A stretch of 31,128 bases of DNA from Bdellovibrionota bacterium (GTDB lineage: Bacteria > Bdellovibrionota_C > UBA2361 > OMII01), in contig JBIKWQ010000038.1 in NCBI GenBank assembly GCA_044356215.1, positions 1-31,128 of the forward strand, in the 5' to 3' direction. Made by a program: the position numbers and the translations under genes. This document shows, piece by piece, positions 25,857 to 31,128 of the stretch; position 1 is the stretch's first letter, and each line of letters begins with the position of its first letter. The notes beneath the pieces were generated by a model. It was not told where the DNA came from and searched no databases. It saw only the letters and a program-made list of their open reading frames with translations.

Positions 25857-27878
25857 GTGAGCAGCGCGGTCATTCATCTTTGTAAGGCGAACAAAAAAAT
25901 GTTAACTGGCGTTACACGAAAGCTCAGCACGTTTGTCAGAAGAGGGAGCGATTTCTCGCGTATCCATAAGCTAGGCTTTGTGTCACGAGGCTTTGCCGAT
26001 TTACTTAAAATCATCTCACTAGTAACTGTTATCTCCGTCACAAAAATCTCCTCCGCGCAGGTTCAGACCTGGTTCGATCCGAGCCATTCGGTGACCGGCG
26101 ATGTTCAGGGCGCGCGATTTGGTTCAAGTTTATCGTGTGGAGTTGCCTCTGATCCTGGTGTGCCTGGTAGTAGTGAGCCGCTTTTAGCGGTCGGCGCTCC
26201 TGACGAGGACAACGGCGCGGGAGCGGTATACATCTATCGCACAAAATCGATCGGCTCCGCTCCGCAGAAGTTAGTCTCTCCTAATCCGGGTCCTGGAAAG
26301 GGATTTGGAACGGCTATCCTCTTCGTCAATGACACTGACGGTGGAGGAGCGCCTGAATTAATTGTGACGGAGCCCAACTCGAGTGGAGCTAACGCTAAGA
26401 TCTGGGCTTTCAAGAGCCTGACAGGGACGACCTTCTTCGCGTGTCAGGGTGGGGATGTAACTTTGGCAGCGGGATCGGGTGAGTCGATAATTAACTTCCC
26501 GTCTGTTACAGGACCCGCGCCAGGGGGATCAGTTTTTGTTGTAGGATCCTCGAGCCGGAGCGCTGTTGATTCTCTTAGGTTAACTTCAGTACCAGGCTTT
26601 CCGCTTCTGTGTTCGCTCTCAACGAATGGTCTTTACTCAGCGGTGGGACAGGCAGGATCGGGATATGGTTACGCTCTTGGAACTATCGAGTATTCTTCTG
26701 GGCCGAGATTGTTGGTAGGAGTGCCCAGCTACAACTCTTTGGCGGGAAGAACGTACCTACAAACTAAGGCGGATTTCACATTCGGTGGGAGTTTCCCGCA
26801 AGCTGAACAGGATGGCTCTCCTGGAGAGCTATTCGGATCTGGAGTAGCTAGCTACGGCTCTCACTATGGAGTTTCCGCGCCTGGTAGTGAGACCATTTAT
26901 GTTAAGTGGAATGTGTCAACCGATAGTTGGATCGATCTATGCAACGTCTCAGTACCACTCGCTCAAGGTGGCCCTCAGTCCTTAGCGGGAGCTGAACATA
27001 TCGATAGCTCTCTGCTCGGAACCGATCAGTTCTTCGCGTACCGCATACAATCAGAAACCGGTGGCTCAGTAGGTTATACAGGAGCCGATGATTTTACCTG
27101 CTTCGGCCCAAGAACCTACAACAACTGCATCTATGACGAGCAGCAAGAGCAGGGCTCGGCGATCGCAGGTGAGGGATGTCTAGCTCCATTAGGAAATGGC
27201 ACGCTCGATAACGCTGTAGTTGTTGGCTCACCCGGATGGAACGGAGGTCGCGGAAGGGTTGATATAGTTGTTCGTGGTACTCAATTTAGTTCAGCCAAGA
27301 CATGTGATACCCCGACGCCAACACCAAGCCCTACCCCTACACCGATACCAGTAACTCCAACACCGACGCCTACTGCAACGCCCGAGGGCTCTAATCCTGG
27401 CGGAGGAGGTGGTGGTCGAGGTGATGTCGTACTAGTTGAACCAGATAAGGGAGGTTTGCCTCCTCCAGTGCTTTCAGCTTTACCTGGTGGCTCCAGAGTC
27501 AGGATTGAGCTTCCTCCAGTAGCTCTAAAGGATCGTGCCGCGCTCGCTAAGCTCCTCGCTCGACGACTAAAGATATCCTCCAGACGTGCGAGCGTGCTGG
27601 CCGCTCAGCCAGCTAACTTATTTTATCAAGTGACGATTGTCACAACACCCAGGGCCGCCAAGAAAACAGCTTTCTCGCTCTCTGATCTGTTGATAGGTGA
27701 TGCGTTCGCCAGTGAGGGAAGGAAGAGGCGCACGTATAACACACGGAACAGAATCACAATCGCTAAGACATCGCCGGGAACGAGGGCTGATGTATTTTAC
27801 AAAGTTGGGATCCTAGTTAGAGGACAAAAGACGCCCGTGTACACTAAATCAAGCCCGAGTGCGACGATACAGATGTAA
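25857..27878 (+). CDS. Secreted FG-GAP (integrin alpha beta-propeller-like) repeat protein with Pro-Thr linker and basic C-terminal domain
   Basis: FGSSL..LAVGAP..GAVYIY, FGTAI, YGYAL..LLVGVP, FGSGV and VVGSPGW..GRV repeats; TPTPTPSPTPTP linker at about 27309-27383. Start uncertain (25857, 25899 or 25980). Confidence 0.85.
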   Translation: MSSAVIHLCKANKKMLTGVTRKLSTFVRRGSDFSRIHKLGFVSRGFADLLKIISLVTVISVTKISSAQVQTWFDPSHSVTGDVQGARFGSSLSCGVASDPGVPGSSEPLLAVGAPDEDNGAGAVYIYRTKSIGSAPQKLVSPNPGPGKGFGTAILFVNDTDGGGAPELIVTEPNSSGANAKIWAFKSLTGTTFFACQGGDVTLAAGSGESIINFPSVTGPAPGGSVFVVGSSSRSAVDSLRLTSVPGFPLLCSLSTNGLYSAVGQAGSGYGYALGTIEYSSGPRLLVGVPSYNSLAGRTYLQTKADFTFGGSFPQAEQDGSPGELFGSGVASYGSHYGVSAPGSETIYVKWNVSTDSWIDLCNVSVPLAQGGPQSLAGAEHIDSSLLGTDQFFAYRIQSETGGSVGYTGADDFTCFGPRTYNNCIYDEQQEQGSAIAGEGCLAPLGNGTLDNAVVVGSPGWNGGRGRVDIVVRGTQFSSAKTCDTPTPTPSPTPTPIPVTPTPTPTATPEGSNPGGGGGGRGDVVLVEPDKGGLPPPVLSALPGGSRVRIELPPVALKDRAALAKLLARRLKISSRRASVLAAQPANLFYQVTIVTTPRAAKKTAFSLSDLLIGDAFASEGRKRRTYNTRNRITIAKTSPGTRADVFYKVGILVRGQKTPVYTKSSPSATIQM

Positions 27879-27897
27879 CAAGAGCGGGGCGGGGAGT

Positions 27898-28539
27898 TTA
27901 GTTGGTGCCGGATGAAGGATCTGTTTTCTTGTCTGGTCGGTTAGCTACAGTTGGTTGGTCTGCCGTGATTCGAGCGGTATTCTTGGCCGTATCGGGGTTA
28001 GTATTTGCCGGCTCTATCGGTTCGTTAAACCTTATCTCATACTTTATTGCTTGGCTGCCTTTATGAGTGCCTAAAATTAAGTCGAGCAAGCTGATATTTT
28101 GAGGAAGGCCTGGCACGACTTGCGAGACAACAGGATTCGGCTTATTGGAAACAGACACACGAGTTATTGTATTTGTAACTCCATTCTCCTCATTTCCGCC
28201 GCTCCCGTCCGGCGGCCCCTCTGTGAACACGGCCGCATTGCGAGGTACATACAACACTTCTCCGCTCTCTGTTGTGACATCGTATCCCAACAAAAAGCCC
28301 TCCGCTACGTTCGTGATGGGAATAGGTTCGCCGACCGCCTCAGCCTTCTCAATTCGACTGGCATCATCAACGACTAACAAACCTGCTGGTGCGGTTAGAG
28401 CGGCAAGCACTCCAAGCCCTATTTTAGCGGGAAATGCGCGGCTTCCAGTCGCTCTTTCACTTTTATCAGTATTCCTGCCCGCAACATCATCTGTAGTCGC
28501 TTCCGATACATCTTTAGGTGTAGCAATTCCATGACTCAT
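27898..28539 (-). CDS. Hypothetical single-TM protein
   Basis: One hydrophobic segment (IGLGVLAALTAPAGLLVV) with polar low-complexity termini; near-consensus promoter upstream. Confidence 0.6.
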   Translation of the reverse strand: MSHGIATPKDVSEATTDDVAGRNTDKSERATGSRAFPAKIGLGVLAALTAPAGLLVVDDASRIEKAEAVGEPIPITNVAEGFLLGYDVTTESGEVLYVPRNAAVFTEGPPDGSGGNEENGVTNTITRVSVSNKPNPVVSQVVPGLPQNISLLDLILGTHKGSQAIKYEIRFNEPIEPANTNPDTAKNTARITADQPTVANRPDKKTDPSSGTN

Positions 28540-28586
28540 TATAAACCCAGCAGCTTTCCTAAACTCATGCGCCTAACAACCAGTCA

Positions 28587-28615
28587 AGTATAGTTCCTTA
28601 ATTGCTTCCAATCAA
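28587..28615 (-). promoter_or_regulatory. Putative sigma70 promoter of the 27898-28539 gene
   Basis: Minus strand reads TTGATT-N17-TATACT. Confidence 0.6.
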
Positions 28616-28782
28616 ATACAGGTTTACCTAAACTTGCTCAATTAGAGCAAAGCTCTCGCAAAACCTTGCACAAAACTATCAGGAATCATTAGCTTTAGCC
28701 CTATTTAGTTATTATAGAACAGACGCTATTAATTATAGAACAGCGTAAGGAAGCTGAAGCTCTCAGGGGCTATCGCAACATC

Positions 28783-29700
28783 TCAAAAGACATTCCCAGA
28801 CACTCTCACACTCTTCACCGGAATTCTAGGTGAGAGCATATTGTCCATCGTTCCAGTGATGTCTCCAGCAAGATTGAGCCTGATAAACTTACAGCCTCTA
28901 ACGGTTCTAGATGAAGCTAACTCTGTTAGCAGGTTTACCTCCTGAGAGCACTCGCTGCCGCGTGAGTAGGAGAGTTTCACAAGAGCCTGATCACTCATCG
29001 AGCTTACGAAATTATTCCGTGACCACGATAGGTCAGCATCAGAGCTCTCTAAAGCATCTCCAACTACGGCGAAAGCTAGCTGAGATAAACCTACGATCAC
29101 TTGAGTTGTTGTAGTATATCCGCAAAGCTTAAGTCGACTGTCCTGTTTAAAGTGAGATCTGGCTCGCCAGCTACCACCTGAGTTCTTCTCTAATTCCTTT
29201 AGCGTTAGATCTGATCCGTTGTTGTAGAAAGCCTTGAGCACAGATGAGGCAGAGTGACTTAAGCCACTCGCTAAGTTATGCCTATCAGAGCCACTGTGGG
29301 CTAAATCGCACGAGACTTTTCCGGAGATAAATCCATCAAGATTAAAGCTTGGCAAAGAAGAGCTTTGATCCTGTTCAAGCTCAATATCTAAGATAGCTTC
29401 CCATTTAGGCGCCAGCATCTGACGAAATCTGACATCAACTTTATTGAAGAAGCTCCTGGCGATATTTTCATTAGTTAATAGTGTCGGGGCGTAGCTCCTG
29501 GTTAAACAGTACGCCGCCTGACTAACTCCTGCTAGCATCTCGGCGGCGCCTACATGTGTATAGTCAGAAGTACGTGGGTTGTGCCCAAAAACGAAGGTCG
29601 CTCGTGCAGCAGTGGGGGAGGTTCGCTTCAGATCTGTTAAGTAGATATCGCGGCAGTCAGGGTAGAGATATCTTAGGAGTTCTGAGTCTTGGCGGTTCAT
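28783..29700 (-). CDS. Tandem (double) FcoT-like hot-dog fold protein
   Basis: Two internally related halves: THVGAAEMLAGVSQAAY...KVDVRFRQML and GYTTTTQVIVGLSQLAF...LSWS. These resemble the FcoT pattern GHFNAVE..CFNQLAY..WS..RFRK as I recall it. Start ATG29700 or TTG29760. Confidence 0.6.
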   Translation of the reverse strand: MNRQDSELLRYLYPDCRDIYLTDLKRTSPTAARATFVFGHNPRTSDYTHVGAAEMLAGVSQAAYCLTRSYAPTLLTNENIARSFFNKVDVRFRQMLAPKWEAILDIELEQDQSSSLPSFNLDGFISGKVSCDLAHSGSDRHNLASGLSHSASSVLKAFYNNGSDLTLKELEKNSGGSWRARSHFKQDSRLKLCGYTTTTQVIVGLSQLAFAVVGDALESSDADLSWSRNNFVSSMSDQALVKLSYSRGSECSQEVNLLTELASSRTVRGCKFIRLNLAGDITGTMDNMLSPRIPVKSVRVSGNVF

Positions 29701-29805
29701 GCCCCTGGATTTTAGCAGTTTTTCATGGGCTAAGATAGAAATCCAAATACCAGGGCTCAAGAGTGTTTTTGGTAAACTACCGAGATAGTTAATAAAATAT
29801 TTTTA

Positions 29806-29913
29806 ACCACAGAGGACGCAGATGACACAGAGAAAACTCCATAATTGCCCATAAAATGGCCGTTCTCTGTGTCCTCTGCGTCCTCTGTGGTGATAAAAAA
29901 CTGCGACGCCCTA
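29806..29913. repeat. CACAGAG/CTCTGTG hairpin repeat, full-length copy
   Basis: ACCACAGAGGACGCAGATGACACAGAGAA (29806-29834) pairs with TTCTCTGTGTCCTCTGCGTCCTCTGTGGT (29863-29891), 28 of 29 bp. The tail AACTGCGACGCCCTA is shared with copy 1. Confidence 0.93.
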
Positions 29914-30008
29914 TTCAAATACCATAAGACAAGCATGGACGGCTTTTGAGTCGATTTCCCCCAGCCGCCCCTTTTTACGCGCCTCTTTTTAGTTCAGAAT
30001 ACCAGCTT

Positions 30009-31128
30009 ATGCCGGATACCAACCAATCACTGCCTGAGATCTTAGCCCCAGTTGGCGACTGGGATATGCTTCGTGCGGCGGTGCATAACGGCGCGGACGC
30101 GGTATATATGGGGATGCCGGGGTTTAATGCTCGCGGAAGAGCTCCAACCCTAGAATTAGCCGAGCTGCGCGCCATGATCGAATATGCGCATCTCTACGGC
30201 GTCAGGGTGCTATTGGCTTTTAATATCCTAATCTTCGAGCGCGAGCTTCAGGACGCGATTCGCGCTCTTAACGAGGTTATCCCGTTAGCTCCAGATGCCT
30301 TTATCGTTCAGGATATCGGGCTTGTGCGACTAATCAGAGCGCTTGCTCCTAATCAGGCGGTTCACGCGTCAACACAGATGACGATCACAAACAGTGAGGC
30401 GATAGATTTAACGTCGGATCTCGGAATGCGTCGTTACGTTCTTGGACGCGAGGTCTCCATCGCGGAGATGCACAAGATTCGCGAGAAGACCGATAAGGAG
30501 TTAGAGGTTTTTACTCACGGCGCTCTCTGTGTTTCGTACTCTGGCCAGTGTCTTACATCAGAGAGCTTTGGTGGTCGGAGCGCCAATCGTGGACAGTGCG
30601 CTCAATCGTGTCGTTTAAGCTACGATCTTATTGTGGATGGTAAGAAGATAGAGCGTAAGGCTGATGGATACCTCGTTTCACCCCAAGATCTCTGTGGGTT
30701 AGAGGATGTGCCGCGTCTCATAGAGGCGGGAATCAACTCGTTTAAGATCGAGGGGCGTCTAAAGTCCCCGGCCTATGTCGCGAGCGCGGCACGAGCCTAT
30801 AAGCAACGGAGTATCGGGAACCTCTCTGAAGCGGAAACAAAGGAAGCGATCGACTCGATGGCGAGGGTTTATTCGCGTGGCTTCTTTAACGGATGGCTAG
30901 ATGGTGTAAATCATCAGAGGTTAGTTAACCCGTCGGTAAGTAGCCATCACGGACTGCCACTTGGTGTTGTAAGTGAAGTTCGTGGCGTAAATATCGCCTT
31001 GGAATCGAGCGAGCCAATTATCCTAAAAAGAGCAGTTAAGGAGGATGAAAATGGTGCAGATGCTCAAAAGCACGCAGGATTTTTGAATTTTTCGGAGCGC
31101 AACCCTGGCACCGTCAGGGTGAGCACCG
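30009..31128 (+). CDS. Peptidase U32 family protein (RlhA-like RNA hydroxylase), 3'-truncated by the window end; not in ORF track
   Basis: Hand translation: MPDTNQSLPEILAPVG..NGADAVY..FNAR..HASTQ..HGALCVSYSGQC..SANRGQCAQSCR..FKIEGRLK. The frame is open to the end of the window. Confidence 0.93.
   Translation, partial: MPDTNQSLPEILAPVGDWDMLRAAVHNGADAVYMGMPGFNARGRAPTLELAELRAMIEYAHLYGVRVLLAFNILIFERELQDAIRALNEVIPLAPDAFIVQDIGLVRLIRALAPNQAVHASTQMTITNSEAIDLTSDLGMRRYVLGREVSIAEMHKIREKTDKELEVFTHGALCVSYSGQCLTSESFGGRSANRGQCAQSCRLSYDLIVDGKKIERKADGYLVSPQDLCGLEDVPRLIEAGINSFKIEGRLKSPAYVASAARAYKQRSIGNLSEAETKEAIDSMARVYSRGFFNGWLDGVNHQRLVNPSVSSHHGLPLGVVSEVRGVNIALESSEPIILKRAVKEDENGADAQKHAGFLNFSERNPGTVRVST

Noticed and set aside
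28571..28577. GCCTAAC/GTTAGGC as an integron attC core site
   Set aside because: I found no complementary partner core site within the intergenic region, and there is no integrase.
29806..29891. Short CACAGAG units as a CRISPR array
   Set aside because: The units are 9-10 bp, directly adjacent and inverted, with no unique spacers and no cas genes.
1..29913. Whole 30-kb block as a composite transposon or island bounded by 99-bp direct repeats
   Set aside because: It contains core genes (rpmH, rnpA, yidC, mnmE, lepB) and no recombinase. Independent repeat copies, with a probable assembly break in copy 1, is the simpler explanation.
29975..30175. 66-aa minus-strand ORF
   Set aside because: It overlaps the U32 gene, which starts at 30009 on the plus strand.

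Overview
A gene-dense bacterial chromosomal segment, mostly housekeeping genes; I found no rRNA, tRNA, CRISPR array or transposase. Left to right: secreted Cys-stapled coiled-coil ORFan; amidohydrolase plus ABC exporter (permease, ATPase); trmB; methyltransferase-like protein; TerC; glucokinase divergent from GT4 + GH57 + ProX-type editing protein; rpmH-rnpA-yidD-yidC-mnmE (rpmH and rnpA are missing from the ORF track; no dnaA, jag or mnmG alongside); three-gene transhydrogenase pntAA-pntAB-pntB; a methyltransferase; a lipoprotein; lepB-ygfZ-pyrE-ccmH-like; AAA/DUF4143 ATPase; a second lepB; a secreted FG-GAP/Pro-Thr protein; a membrane ORFan; a tandem FcoT-like hot-dog protein; and a 3'-truncated U32/RlhA-like gene (also missing from the track). 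Best leads: (i) a dispersed CACAGAG/CTCTGTG multi-unit hairpin repeat in three copies, plus a second REP-like palindrome family; (ii) rnpA has no ATG/GTG/TTG start and appears to begin at ATC/ATT behind GGAGG; (iii) two equally spaced sigma28-type promoters in front of non-flagellar genes; (iv) an orphan double FcoT-like protein; (v) a paralogous signal peptidase next to a secreted FG-GAP protein; (vi) YidC with an extra hydrophobic C-terminal helix. All family calls come from motifs recognised by eye, not from database searches. No complete new multi-gene system can be demonstrated from the sequence alone.
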